DNA of 42,432 nt from Calcarisporiella thermophila CBS 279.70 (Eukaryota > Fungi > Calcarisporiellomycota), in assembly GCF_041956535.1 (NCBI RefSeq), contig NW_027192235.1:25975-68406 (forward strand). Direction: 5' to 3'. Positions 1-12,658 of this stretch are shown in pieces. Every line of letters starts with the position of its first letter. Positions within the stretch are counted from its first letter, which is position 1. The notes under the pieces were generated by a model. The model did not search any database. It saw only the letters and a program-made list of their open reading frames with translations, and was not told the DNA's origin. The position numbers were made by a program, and so were the translations under genes.

Positions 1-124
1 TTTTGGTTGCTCCTTGAATGTATGTATGACGAGATATAGGTCTTTTCGGGCTTGAGGGATTACGTGGCTTGGCTTGGTTGTCCTACTGCAGATATTTCGA
101 TACGATTCCAACAATTTCAAATGT

Positions 125-141
125 GCTCTAGTGGCGTAATT

Positions 142-181
<40 letters not shown>

Positions 182-198
182 GAGTCCACCCTTGAGCG
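125..198 (+). tRNA. tRNA-Asn (anticodon GTT), intronless
   Basis: Cloverleaf: acceptor GCTCTAG/CTTGAGC (one T-T mismatch), D arm with TGGCGTAATTGG A-box, anticodon arm TTCGG-CTGTTAA-CCGAA, T arm GGTGG-TTCGAGT-CCACC; T5 Pol III terminator follows at 199-203. Confidence 0.96.
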
Positions 199-1006
199 TT
201 TTTGTCAATTCTTTTTAAATTTGAAACACATCCCCCATGATTATTATTTTATAAAATAATCATGTTTTACGTATCCAGTATTCCCTATCGAAGGCAATTG
301 GATCACTTTCAAAGCTCACCGAGACTCCTACACGAAAGAGACCATTAACTATATTTTTAAGTTTAAGTGATTTCTTAGACATAAAGGTTTTATTAAGAAA
401 GAATCCCTTGACATTATCGCTAAGATTAGCATTTTATCCTGTTCTCACTCCCTCTTAGATCGCCTTTATTTTTTATAAATTAATATGTAATCACGCTATT
501 CTGAAAGCATCCCCCCCAAAACCTACTCATTTAACTACCTAACATTATTAATATACTGTTAGCTGAAAATTACTTTAAGAACTGTGAAATGCTATGCTAT
601 ATTGTATATATCTTACTATATTTTAACATCACTTTATTTTTTTAATTAAATATCGAGAAGAATTTTTACACTCGGCTAACTTTTTGAGTTCGAGATGGTA
701 TATTTTGACTATTAACTTCCATAACTTCCTCCATTCTAACGGCACCAATTGGCGATACACAGTGATGATAGCCCTACCCTTGCTTTAAATAATCTACTAC
801 ACAGATTCATATATAATTACCTTATCCATGAGTTATTAATATGAAACATGTACCGATCCTTCACTCAATTTCGGAGGCAAACCGCTACTAAAATTTAAAC
901 GCTCATTATCTTGAAAAATAATCAATCCTTAATTAATCTAATTGTATTTACAAACTGCCTACATTTCTGTCTTCTTATTGATATTATAGCTTGTTTGGTA
1001 TACTCC

Positions 1007-1802
1007 AATGAAGTAAATCTTGGAAATAGTCATATCAAGGAAAAACTCATTACGTAATGAGGGTTTATCCAGCAGAGAGGTCTCGCGTCAGCTTGGGATA
1101 AGCTACCATACCGTCAATAAATATCGTAGAATATGCGCTCCAGAATCATCTGAGCCAGCTTTCGGTCGCCCACGTGTTCATACTGAGAGACAAGAGAAAA
1201 TCCTTGTACGAAATTTCTAGGCTGGAATATATGAAAATATACCAGATGCAAAGAAACATCTTAATGAAGATTACAATGTCGGTTTGACATTGACATCAGT
1301 AAGGAACACACTGAAGTTAAACCGAATGTGCTCGAGGTTGTGGAGAAAAAGCCATTATTAAAGGCTAGCCATAGGAAGTTCGACTAGCTACTGTACATGG
1401 CAATTGAAACTGGAGTTTAGATGATTTCAGTGTATCATATGGTGAGATGAGAGTATATTTTAGAATCTTCAGCAGAGGTAGAAGAAGATATTATTGGAAA
1501 GCTCCAGGCTATCCTAGGCCCAATCATCATTTCAAAAATGCAGTCAAGCACGGCAATAGGTTGGTTACCGTGAGGACAGGCATCACTTCCAAAGGGACTG
1601 GATTTATGTGCTGAATCGAGAAGGGACTAGACCCACAACTGTAAAAGAATATTTTAAGAGAATAATCAATGAGAACACTCGATCGGTATAACTTAGACGA
1701 GGATCAAATTACTTTCCAGCATGATAATGATTCTAAACATACCGCGTGTAGTAAAGTGGAATGGCTGTCAAACCACAATATTACCGTACTTAAATGGCCA
1801 GG
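1007..1802 (+). mobile_element. Degenerate Tc1/mariner (IS630-Tc1) DDE transposase remnant
   Basis: N-terminal HTH (LSSREVSRQLGISYHTV...GRPR), then frameshifted/stop-broken Tc1 motifs: [35 protein letters not shown]. Truncated before the SPDLNPIE motif. Confidence 0.88.
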
Positions 1803-2060
1803 TTAATGGCACTGCTTGCAAACATTACGTTCTCCTGTCCACTTATTAGTGATGAAATCCGTCGCCAATCTGTGTTTCAAGAGTCTCCATCTTAGTGCCC
1901 TATGCTTGGGTTCACTCGTTCGCTTTTTCCGGTACATCCAAACTATCTCCCATCTGCTGGAGTCGCTTGAGGTTTCTTTCCATTCCGGAGTGATATTCTC
2001 TCCTTTGCTTATCTTGTACAGCCCTCCCGATTTGAAAAATAGCACTTCGCTCTTCTTGAA
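1803..2060 (-). mobile_element. Non-LTR retrotransposon (L1/Tx1-like) ORF2 fragment, zf-RVT-like region
   Basis: Translation WEIVW...PKHRALRWRLLKHRLAT...CKQC matches the W..IW...PK...WRLL..RL.T...CxxC pattern of the LINE ORF2 zinc-binding region; cut off at the Tc1 junction. Confidence 0.7.
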
Positions 2061-2110
2061 TATAATGAATATCATGAACTTAAAAACTCTGATGTAATAA
2101 AAGATAAATT

Positions 2111-2194
2111 TGGTGACAGTGGGATTCGAACCCACGCCTGCTTACGCAGATTAGAACTTGAGTCTAACGTCTTAGACCGCTCGACCATATCACC
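2111..2194 (-). tRNA. tRNA-Leu (anticodon CAA), intronless, long variable arm
   Basis: Reverse complement GGTGATA-TGGTCGAGCGGTCTAAGACG-TTAGA-CTCAAGT-TCTAA-TCTGCGTAAGCAGGC-GTGGGTTCGAATCCCAC-TGTCACC-A; all stems pair. Confidence 0.97.
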
Positions 2195-2198
2195 TGAT

Positions 2199-2684
2199 AG
2201 TTTTGTTATGAGGAAATTTGACACAATATGGGTTTATGGCGCAGTAGGAGGAAAGGAGGCTTAGATTTCGTGACTTACTTTTCTTTTTATTCATTATGTG
2301 GTGTGATAGATATTTTTGTGGGGTGACCAGTATACTTATTATCATACGATTAACATATTTATCCAGAATCACCTTATATTTTTTATATTTTACCTTCTTG
2401 TGATACATTATCTTTAGTATAAAAAGGAGCATATCTTTAGTTAGAATAAAGTGTGCTATTTTGTATTGAGATAGAACCGGATACGTTTCAAACCACCATC
2501 TTGTGTCGTTTATTAGTCTTCTGAAGTGTTTAAGGAAGGACAATCAAGAGCTTAGGGATAGCTAGAGGATTGTCGGGATAGACCTTATTAGACATATATT
2601 CGACGCAACAGTTTTGTTGTGAGGAAATTTGGGACTAAAAGGATCAATGGCGCAGTAGTAGAGGATGGAGGCTTAGCTTTTGTG
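2199..2684. repeat. Imperfect ~74-bp direct repeat (2199-2272 and 2610-2684)
   Basis: agttttgttatgaggaaatttg...atggcgcagtaggag...ggaggcttagatttcgtg versus agttttgttgtgaggaaatttg...atggcgcagtagtag...ggaggcttagcttttgtg. Copy 1 is the immediate 5' flank of tRNA-Leu. Confidence 0.85.
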
Positions 2685-3236
2685 CCCCATCGGGACCGAA
2701 TCGCCTACCATTTCGAATGCATTCGAGCATCACCCGAGACAATCATCCTCCGTGCCAAAATGGACATCGAGGAGGTTATCGGAGGTGAACTGATAAAGGC
2801 ACGAAAAAGACGAGAGATGGAGTTATTCCAAAGAAGGTGGTGCAGTCGGGGAGCGGTAATAGAAAGTTCGGATAGAGCAAGACTAAAACTGGAGTGACGA
2901 AGCAACCCTTCCTCTCTCCCTATCCACTCTTTACCTCCTCCCCTCCTCTTCATATCTTTCACCAAATACCTGATCACTATATACATCTAATCTACCCTTT
3001 ATTCCTTTACTCCATGTTCATCACCTTCTCTATGTTCTTACCCCCTTGCGTTTCTTTGCTTTTTTCTCTTCTCTCCTTTTCTGGGCTGACATAAATTGTC
3101 AAAATCTAAGTTTCACCTTGCCACCTAACTCTATCCCCACCCCTTTATTCCCCCCTTTCTTTATTCATTGTAATCATTAAACTCTTGTAAGCTACGGCAA
3201 CTAATAAAAGTCTCCGTTGATTGATAAAAAAAAAAT
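2685..3236 (+). mobile_element. 5'-truncated L1/Tx1-like LINE: ORF2 C-terminus, pyrimidine-rich 3' UTR and poly(A) tail
   Basis: Frame ends ...RREMELFQRRWCSRGAVIES...* (F..RW terminal motif typical of Tx1-type ORF2), followed by a ~320 nt C/T-rich UTR, AATAAA near 3203 and an A-run at about 3226-3235. Confidence 0.7.
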
Positions 3237-4265
3237 TAGGAACTAGTTATAAACCAGTATTCATTAGCTTTATTAGTTAACAGGTTAAATAGTTATTATA
3301 TCTTATAGTATAAAAGAAACACTCTAATGAGAACTTCTAAGATGCACACCTTGTTCTTGAATAAACCTATAGTTTTACCTATATTCCCCAAGTATCCCCT
3401 AGTTATCTCGCTCTAGTTTATGACAGAAATGTTACGTTGGAAACAGGAGATGTGTGGTAGGAGGGGATTATCTCATCTATCTGAGCGCTATCTCAAGTCG
3501 TCTGCTTATCCGTATGCAGATCCGCACTTAAGATAGGAGATGCCGAGAACTTGGTATCAAAAAAATAGAAATTTGAACCCTTGCTTTATTACAGAAAAAC
3601 TACTCCTCTTTTTATAATGTTGCTAGATAAGACTATGACTCATAACAAATAATAAAAGAATAGCTCAATATTCAATAAGACTATAGCTGTTGCTAGTATT
3701 CAATAAAACCAAGAAAATTCTCAATAAAACTAAAATAAATGGTAATACTCAGTAAAACTAAAATATGCATCTTCATTGAAAGATATTGAATCCCAAAAAC
3801 GCCGCCACAACCTTATACTCCACGTTGCCCTATTCCCGTCGTAACAGAAATGTTATGGACCGTGGTGAATTTAACTCATCGTCCAGCGAAGACCTAAGCT
3901 TTGATTCAACTCGAATATGTCCTCCTCCTGGACAACAAAAAAGTATATGATCGCATAGATCGAGAATGGCCAATCCACTTATTTTAGTTTTGGTTATAAA
4001 CTCCACTTAACAATCTAGCTGATTTAGAGATTATTGTATAAATCTTCAGTCAACCTAAACCTGCGCTTAGTAGATTTGCCGCTACAGGGAGTACGTCAGT
4101 TAGATGGATCGTGTGCATTCACTGAAATTTATCATCGAAAGCATTAAGCTAAGGGTGAAAAAACTTCATCTTCATTTTTATTTCTATATTACTTGCACCT
4201 TTGGTGGCTTTTCCATTTACGCATTTATTTATCCTTCCATGGATAGCAAAATCCCAATTAATCTC

Positions 4266-5206
4266 TTAGCGTCGATCCTTATACTTTTCATTATATACCA
4301 CAAAGTAACGTTTCGAGGGAAGTCCATAACCCTATTTTATATAAATAGATAGACGAGATGTTATACAAGTATTATTGAGCAATTATATAGATTTGATACT
4401 ACCGGCACATCCACAAATAAATAATGATAATCCCATTTGCCTCGCTCATCTCTAACCATATCCAAATGTACAGTGCCCGTTGCACCAGGTCCTTCAACAA
4501 AAAATCTCATTAGCATATGCTCATTTCCTTTTGTGTCCTCAACGATTTGATATGCGATTCGTCGATTACGTCGTCGCCGGCTTTGTGAGGGTTCACCGTG
4601 ACCTTTAATGGGGTGACCAAGAATTTGTTGCAGCTATGATTTTGTGTAGATCTAAGATTGTGTAAATAATAAGGCGATATAAGTATAAATACCTCCTCAT
4701 TTACTCGAATCTTCTCTAAAGCATCTGAGAATGTGTTTGTCGAGCTCGAACCGAAAAATTCACTCCACACAACATACACAAGTGTGCCCATAATTCCAAC
4801 ACCCAACGCAATAACTCCAATATTTGTAGTCGTCTTTCCTGCAGCCACCACTAAATTTGTATAAAAAGAAATTATTATAAAGCCAATGATTCTGTTATAT
4901 TTTGATTCACCTTTTTGACCCATTGTCAGATCCTTCCATTCTTTCGCGGTTTCTTTAGTAATAAGCGATTGCCGTGTTTTCTGGGAATGTGTGGCATAAG
5001 TGCAACGGCCAATTATTGCCGATTGATGTTCGATTCGATAGATATAAGGATTACGAGTCTTAAAGGCAAGTCTAGAGAAAAATGGGGAGGACTTTTGAGA
5101 AAATTGTGTCCTAATATTAATAAATATAGCCAAAATGATTAAATGTTGTAGGGACATAAAATCATGAAAAATACCAATACGCGCGCTGTCCTTGTAGTAT
5201 TAACAT
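4266..5206 (-). CDS. TIM21: Mitochondrial inner membrane translocase subunit Tim21 (5 exons)
   Basis: Spliced product: presequence-like N-terminus, WKDLTMGQKVVAAGKTT, one TM helix (VIALGVGIMGTLVYVVWSEFF), LGHPIKGHGEPSQSRRRRNRRI, HMLMRFFVEGP...VHLDMV...YLFVDVP; four GT-AG introns. Confidence 0.93.
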
Positions 5207-5324
5207 CTTATAGAGCTGACTAGTATAATTTGCTATAGTTTTTTAATGAAGTAATTACTTTTACTTATACGGCTAAGCCATTTACGCTTGGCAGTCACTA
5301 AAGACAATATAAAAATTGAATATG

Positions 5325-5330
5325 ACGCGT
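5325..5330. promoter_or_regulatory. MCB-like element ACGCGT in the 168-bp divergent TIM21/RNH201 promoter
   Basis: Exact ACGCGT 45 bp upstream of the RNase H2A ATG. A single hexamer is weak evidence. Confidence 0.35.
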
Positions 5331-5374
5331 TGGTATTATTTGATTCTGGTCGTGTCTTTGCAAGGAATTCAATA

Positions 5375-6728
5375 ATGACAAAAGCTACGAAGATTGGCTC
5401 TTCTTCTTTATATAAATCTACAACATGTACTGATTCTTCCACCTCTTCTGAATCTTTACTTCCATTCTGTCGCCCTGGAATACTCACATCCTATACTCAC
5501 CACTCTCCACAACCGACAGGACTTAAAGTGAATGCTGGGTGCGTGCTAGGCGTGGATGAGGCAGGACGTGGACCTGTGCTAGGTAATTTTCATCTAAAAT
5601 TTAGCATTATCAATAAGATTTATGATATATTAATTACATTCAATCCTATCTAATACAGGACCAATGGTTTATGGAATTTGTTATTGCCCGGTTGTGTGGA
5701 AAGAGGAGCTTGATAAACAGGGTTTCACTGGTAATTCTCATGTCATTTGCTTTAAAGCATATATTATTAATTCAAGTTTTTAGATTCAAAAAAGCTGACG
5801 GAAACTCAGCGTGATTCGCTTTTCGAAGTAGTGCTAAAAAATTCAGATATGATGGGCTGGGGTGTCCGAGTTATGTCCCCACAGGATATATCTAGTGGAA
5901 TGCTTGGAAGGTTTGGTATCATATGCTAAGATGCCTATAATTTAAAGCTAATGATTCTATTGGTTAAAAAGAAACAAATATAATCTGAATGAGCAAGCTA
6001 GAGATACAACGGTAAATTTAGTTCGCGAAGTAATAGAGAGCGGCATAAATGTCGTTGAAGTAACTTTCGAGTTTTACCCTCAATTCTCTCCTTAAAAGTT
6101 TCTCAATTCAGTCTTATTATTGTATCACTATAGATGTACGTCGATACTCTAGGAAGTCCTGAAGCACATCAAGCAAAGCTCTCATCCGTCTTCCCTGGAA
6201 TACGCATCTTAGTCACAAAGAAAGCTGATGAAAAATTCGCAATTGTAAGCGCAGCAAGTATATGCGCAAAAGTCACAAGGGACTGGGTTTTGCGGAATTG
6301 GGTGTTTGCAGAGAGGGGTTTAGAGAATTTCTCACGAGAGTTCGGGTCCGGATATCCATCTGGTATAGTATTAACCCTTATCAGAGATATATTTAAGATA
6401 ATTTACTTATTTACTTATTAAAGATCCCAACACTATTGCATGGCTTCAAAGTAATATGGATCCAGTGTTTGGGTTCCCTAGCTTATTGCGATTCAGTTGG
6501 GCCACTTGTGAGAAACTGCTTGAGGAAGCAGTCAAAGTTACATGGTAAGTATTATTTTTCTTTTTCCTCATGTCGTTACATTGGACAATTAACCTGTTGA
6601 CATACACTTATAGGCCTGAAGAGCCAGAAAAAGGCCAAAAGAAAATAAAGAGATTATTAGAGAAAAAGCCCCAGACAAGAGCTAAACTTTTCGTAGATTT
6701 AGGACTCTCAATTGTTGATGATTTTTAA
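5375..6728 (+). CDS. RNH201: Ribonuclease H2 catalytic subunit A (7 exons)
   Basis: [78 protein letters not shown]; six introns restore the frame. Confidence 0.97.
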
Positions 6729-6851
6729 GGATATTTATATTATAATATAATTCTGTAACATATATTTCAAGAATAAACAAGCCATCTCATTTTAAATTCG
6801 CATAAATTTTTATTGTGTTTAGATAGCATGTAGTTACGAATAATTGTCTAT

Positions 6852-8370
6852 TTACTTCTTTTTGGCAGGCGTTGACGTTACGTTGAACTTGAAGTGCATA
6901 ATATCACCATCCTGCACCACGTAGTCTTTGCCTTTCTGCACAAGTTTACCCGCAGCTTTGCATGCACTTTCACTACCATGCTCTTTTAGATCTTCGTAAG
7001 ACATCACGTCTGCACAAATGAAACCACGCTGGAAATCAGTGTGAATTACTCCAGCCGCTGCAGGCGCTTTTGTAAGTTTCTAAAAGTTATAAGCATGTTT
7101 GTTAAAAAAAATGTGTGGATGAAAAATCTCAAACTTTCAATATACCCTGATTGTCCATGCTCGAACTTCATCCTCTCCAGCTGTGAAATAGTAAATCAAT
7201 TGCAGGGATTGGTAACCAGCGACGATGATTTTTGGTAGCACGGAAGCAGTACCAAGCTCCTTCAGCGTTTCCTCTTTCTCCTCGGGTGACATCGTTGAGA
7301 TACGCAATTCGAGGTTAGCTGAAAAGGGAACGAGCAGATCTCCTGGGTTATGTTCATCTATCCACTGTTTGATTTTCGGCAACCTTATGACACATATAAA
7401 AGTGAATAAATGATAAAATTAATGAAATTGAAGTAAATGTATTATACCATTTATTCTTTTTGCGGATATAGTCCTTCTCGCTCAAATTGCACAAATAAAT
7501 AACTGGCTTAGCAGTAAGAAGCATCAACCCATTGATTACTTCGACCTCTTTATTGGTCCAGTCTCCCTTTCGTACGTCTTTTTTATCCTCCTTCACCCAT
7601 TTATATACTTTTGCGACGATATCACATTCTTCTTTCTTTGCTTTATCTGCAGCATTTCCACCTGTTCCAATACGCGCAACGGTACGGGAAAGCTCGGAAT
7701 AATATTTATCGAGAAACTCTTCGTCTTTAAGACGTAGCTCTTCGTGAATGATCTCTAGATCACGAATCGGGTCAAGTTCGCCCTCGACGTGGATGACATC
7801 TTCGTCAGAAAACGCTCGACATACGTGGAATATGGCGTCGACTGCACGAATATGAGAAAGAAAAGCGTTGCCGAGTCCTGCTCCGGCAGAAGCTCCCTTG
7901 ACAAGCCCGGCAATATCAATAACAGTTAAGAATGCTGGGACCTAAAATATAGAAAAGTGTTAATATATAGTATAGCTGACAAGTACGAACATATAGCATG
8001 TAGTACATACTTTAGATGCCGGCTTATATTGTTCGCATAACCAGTCAAAGCGCGGATCGGGTACTGCAACTCGCGCTTCTTCAGGATTCTAAAAGTAAGG
8101 GTAAATATAAAAATTTTAATACAAAAGTATTTAGTGCAAACTTACGATCGTGCAGAAAGGATAGTTTTCTGCTGACACAGAGCTATTAGTAAGCGCGTTA
8201 AAGAAAGTGCTTTTTCTAAAGAGTAATAGGGTCAGCTAAAAAAGCAAGGAATAGAGGCAAACAAAACACTCATACCCAACATTTGGCAATCCGACTACAC
8301 CAATTTTAAGGTTATTTGATGGTCTACCAAGCAGAACTTTCTCTTCTTGAATTTGCTTCTTTGGTGGCAT
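6852..8370 (-). CDS. OLA1: Obg-like ATPase 1 / YchF (6 exons)
   Basis: [49 protein letters not shown] (NxxE ATP-specific G4), [15 protein letters not shown]-terminal TGS domain. Confidence 0.97.
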
Positions 8371-8797
8371 TTTCTAATTTCTCTTTCTCTCTGCGTCAAG
8401 TTTGATCAATATTTTTTTTTTTTGCAAGTGAACGCACCTAGTATTCTGGGGAGTAAACAAATAAATTAAAAACCTAACCTAATTAGCAGGAACTTATACC
8501 AAACATTCACAACTGAGATGTGTTGTAGTATAAAATCATAAGTAAATCACTCACGTTGAGATTACTTATATTTACTCAAATACCTTAAAATTTTAAACAC
8601 TTATTAATATCTTGCATTTGGACTATTTATAATAACCATGTTTTTACAACCTCCAGCACTAAAGCCTCGATATATTAATAAAGAACTATTAAATGTTTAA
8701 TAGTAAACACTTTGAAAAACCCATTATTATATTCGCGGAGGCCCCGACAGCTTATAATAAGCATACTGTAAATATTGCGGGCCACTTGCTAGTGTAA

Positions 8798-8899
8798 AAG
8801 AAATATTCCTTAGCCATATTTGAATGAACGAAGTTCTTTATTTTCAAGAAATATTCCTTAGCCATATTTGAATGAACGAAGTTCTTTATTTTCAAGAAA
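8798..8899. repeat. Perfect 48-bp tandem duplication
   Basis: aagaaatattccttagccatatttgaatgaacgaagttctttattttc at 8798-8845 and 8846-8893, followed by a third aagaaa. Confidence 0.97.
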
Positions 8900-9434
8900 C
8901 AGCGCTTGTTAACTGGTATTCATTGGGCTAATAATTTTTTGGAAAGGTTGAACAGAGCAGTGAGCGGGCATGCCAATAAAACTATGTTGATTAAAAATAA
9001 GTGATAGAATACAATAATGAGCCCATGGTTGAGTCAGTTATGTCGTGAGGTATCCTTTATATTTATAAGTAGGCATGGTATTGCATTCAAGTTACCAGCA
9101 GCTGATTTTTACCAGCTTCATCGATTCTCTTACAATATTTCATAAACAAATAAGTCTAACGAAAGATACTGAGTGGGGAATTCACTTAAGAACTTGCGAG
9201 ATTTCTTCTTAGCAGTTAGTGAAATGCACACGGATGCGACGCAAAGGTTTGTTTTTTGGCCGCCTTTTGTAATTTACCTCATAAGTTGTAATTAGAGTGG
9301 GGTAAATGTTTCCAAAATATCTCATCTCCGAATTTTAGATTCTTGATTAAGTTGTACGCGCGGCCATTTGAACTAAAATCTCGTTCTATATTCTCAGATT
9401 ATACGAACGTTAATACGAACGAAATATCCTGAAG

Positions 9435-12400
9435 ATGTACTCCAATTTTCGCACCAGAGTGAGTTCGATACCCGTAATCGACCACCATGCTCATAACTTA
9501 CTGTGCTCTCCTCATCAATCAACTTCTTCATATCCTTTTGAATGTGTTTTCTCAGAGGCTAATGGATCTGCTCTATCTTCCGCAGGTTCTACATTGGTTG
9601 CCCGTCGAATTTGTAAAGAGCTCTCCAAATTACTCTCATGTGAACCCGATCTTGATGCTATTAAAATTGCTAGAGAGGAACTAGGCCCACAAAAATTATG
9701 CGATCTCTACTTCTCGATCGCTAACATTCATGGCATGCTACTCGATGACGGCTTAGAGGGAGACAACCAATCAATCGAAGAACACGATAAATATTGCTCT
9801 GCCAAAACAAAACGCATTATGCGTATTGAAATGGTGGCTGAGAATGTAATTGCCCAGCTCGCAAAGCACGATTTCCTTGCTCCCGATGATCTACTATTTG
9901 ATTTTCAAAGGCAACTTGCCGAGGCTTTGGTGAGTGACGGAGAAAATGTGGTTGGATTTAAGTCCATTGCAGCCTACCGGACCGGGCTGCGTATTTCTGC
10001 ACCGTCCAAAACGCTTGTTAGCGAAGCCTTAAGTGCTGCCGTTCAGGCTTGCAAATTAACACCTTCTGGAAGACTCCGCCTTAGCTCTAAGCCCCTTGTA
10101 GACTTTGCTGTCATTATTGCTCTTAAGATAGCAGTTGAAAAAGATCTTGTAGTTCAGTTCCACACAGGTTTCGGTGATAGGGATTTGGACCTGATTGAGG
10201 CAAATCCTTTGCTTCTTCGCTCAATACTCGATGATCCGGAGTTAGGAAAAGCGAAAATAGTATGCTTACATGTATACCCGGTAAGTTTACTGGTTCATCT
10301 AAACTGGGTCTATAACTCCCATTTAACTTAAATAATTTATTGAATCTCAAAGTATGCCCGAGAGGCTGCTTATCTTGCCTCAGTGTACCCAAATGTCTAC
10401 GTGGATTTTGGTCTTTCTATTCCACTTACTTCACACTTTGGACAACGACAGATCTTAAGAGAGCTTATGGAACTTGCTCCCATCTGCAAGATTCTGTTTT
10501 CTAGTGATGGGTTAGATTTTTTTATCTTTTCATGACCTGAAGGAATCAAAATATACATGTACTGTTATACTTGTAGCCATTATCATCCAGAGAGTTTTTA
10601 TTTCGGAGCTGTCTGGAGTCGGGGAGCGCTTTCAGATGTAATATACCAAGTCAATGGTTACGTTAATAATTTAATATTTGATTACTGAAATGCAGTAATT
10701 TGTATGTATAGGTCTTAATCGAATCCATTAGCTCAGGAGAACTCACTGAATCTGAAGCTTTCGATGTCGCTCAAGATATCCTTTTCAATAATGCCAATCG
10801 CCTCTATAATTTAGGCTGGCATGCGAACGTAGTTCCTCCGAATCCGCCACAATTTTTATCTGAGGAGATGAAATTGCAATTGATTCGTAAAGGAGTTGAG
10901 CATATAAGACTTATGTGGGTTGACACAAGGTAATTATATAAATGATTTTTATATTTTATAATTATTATATAAACAACGAACGTTAATATGGCCATTGCTA
11001 TTAGTAATATTGCACGTTGCCGTATTATTCCAATTGAAAAGTTCTTCAGCAAAGTTCATCAAAGAGGCGTTGGTATTACTGATGGCCTGATGGGACTTAC
11101 AGCAATATCTGATACCGTGTTTGCTGGTTCAGCGGTCGGTGAAATTCAATATGGTAAATATTTTATAGCAGTGGTTCTGTTAGTCATCATAATTTATTTT
11201 TTTGGTTGAATGCTTTAGTGCCTGACTTGGGATCCCTCCGCCAGCTTCCCTATCACCCTGCCCATGCTGCTGCAATAGGTGATATGCTGAATCGGAGTGG
11301 TGTACCCTACGAGCGTTGTCCTCGAGATTTTCTCAAAAGAATGCTCGCTAAATTACGCAATGCCCACGGGCTATCCCTGAAAACTGGGTTTGAGACCGAA
11401 TTTATCCTCTACACTATTGAGAACGATGAGCTTAAACCGTTGGACTATACAGTGTATTCTGAAGTAGCATCTATGAGAGGAAAGTCAGGTGCCATTGTAG
11501 ATAGAATTGTAAATGCATTACAGCAGCAGGGTATAGCTGTCGAGCAATTTCATTCTGAATCTGCTAGTGGTCTGTTAAAATAGGAGATTTCAAGCCATTC
11601 TACAATTCTTACCCTCTGTTATTTGTTAGGTCAATTTGAGATAGCTACAAAATATGATGAATGCCTCAAAGCTGTGGATGAACTCGTTTTTACTCGACAG
11701 ACTATCTATGCTGTTGCGGAAAATAATGGAGTTAAAGCTACGCTATTACCCAAGCTCTCTCCTCTACAAGGTCCTAATCTGTTACCAATCCTTTTATAAC
11801 TAATCCTTACCATTCACCCTTGTTCCATGTATAGCTGGTTCTGCGAGTCATGTGCATCTCTCAATTTGGAAGTCTGAGTTAAATGTGTTTCCCTCCAAGA
11901 TCGATTCTCATGGTATATCTACTTTGGGAAAGAGCTTTATGGCTGGAATTCTTAAGCATCTCCCCGCGTTGATGGCCATTACAATGCCTTCTGTTAATTC
12001 ATATAAGAGGGTGCTGCCAAAAAGTTGGTGTGGTATATATTCGATTTGGGGGATAGAGGTAACAATTTCAATTTTAATAGGGGCATTTCATTATCGTGCC
12101 ATAGATAAAAATACTATTAATTAGAATCGTGAGGCCCCACTTCGCGTTGTTTCTCCAGGAGGACAGATTTCTAACCTAGAAATCAAGTCTATGGATGTAA
12201 TTGGAAATCTCATTGACGAAATCACTATATAATACAGTCTAAATTATTTATATTGTAATTTGACCATAGGGCACAGCAAACCCATATCTAGCCTTAGGTG
12301 CAATTGTCGCCGCTGGTTTAGATGGGATCGAAAATAGCCTGCATCTTCCTGAACCGGTCCAAGGTGAGTATAAATGAATAGAAAAAAAAATTACACTTTG

Positions 12401-12658
12401 CTATCTTATTAATTTTTCCTTTTCACTCTAGTGGATCCCAGTGATCTTTCTGACGCTGAGATGGTCTCACTTGGAATTCGCGCTCTACCCAATACTCTTC
12501 ATGATGCTCTTTATGCACTTGAACAAGACAAATATATTCAAAGTGCTCTTGGAGAGATGCTTTCAAACGGGTTTATAACGGTGCGAAAAAAAGAATTGGA
12601 ATTGATGGAAGCTAAGCAGCCCGAGGAACAATTGAAGATATATTATTCAAGATACTGA
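9435..12658 (+). CDS. fluG: FluG/NodGS-type fusion: amidohydrolase domain plus glutamine-synthetase-I-like (gamma-glutamyl ligase) domain (11 exons)
   Basis: N-terminal [59 protein letters not shown]; C-terminal [56 protein letters not shown]. Confidence 0.94.

Noticed and set aside
1803-2194. tRNA-Leu plus downstream LINE piece as a SINE
   Set aside because: The tRNA is perfect and has T-runs just downstream, and the LINE piece is internal ORF2 rather than a 3' tail.
2273-2609. Possible additional LINE fragment (LKHFRRLINDTRWW) on the minus strand
   Set aside because: Resemblance is too weak and decayed to support a call.
3660-3765. Recurring tcaataaaac(c/t)aa units resembling a spaced array
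   Set aside because: Low-complexity, irregular spacing and eukaryotic context; not a CRISPR array.
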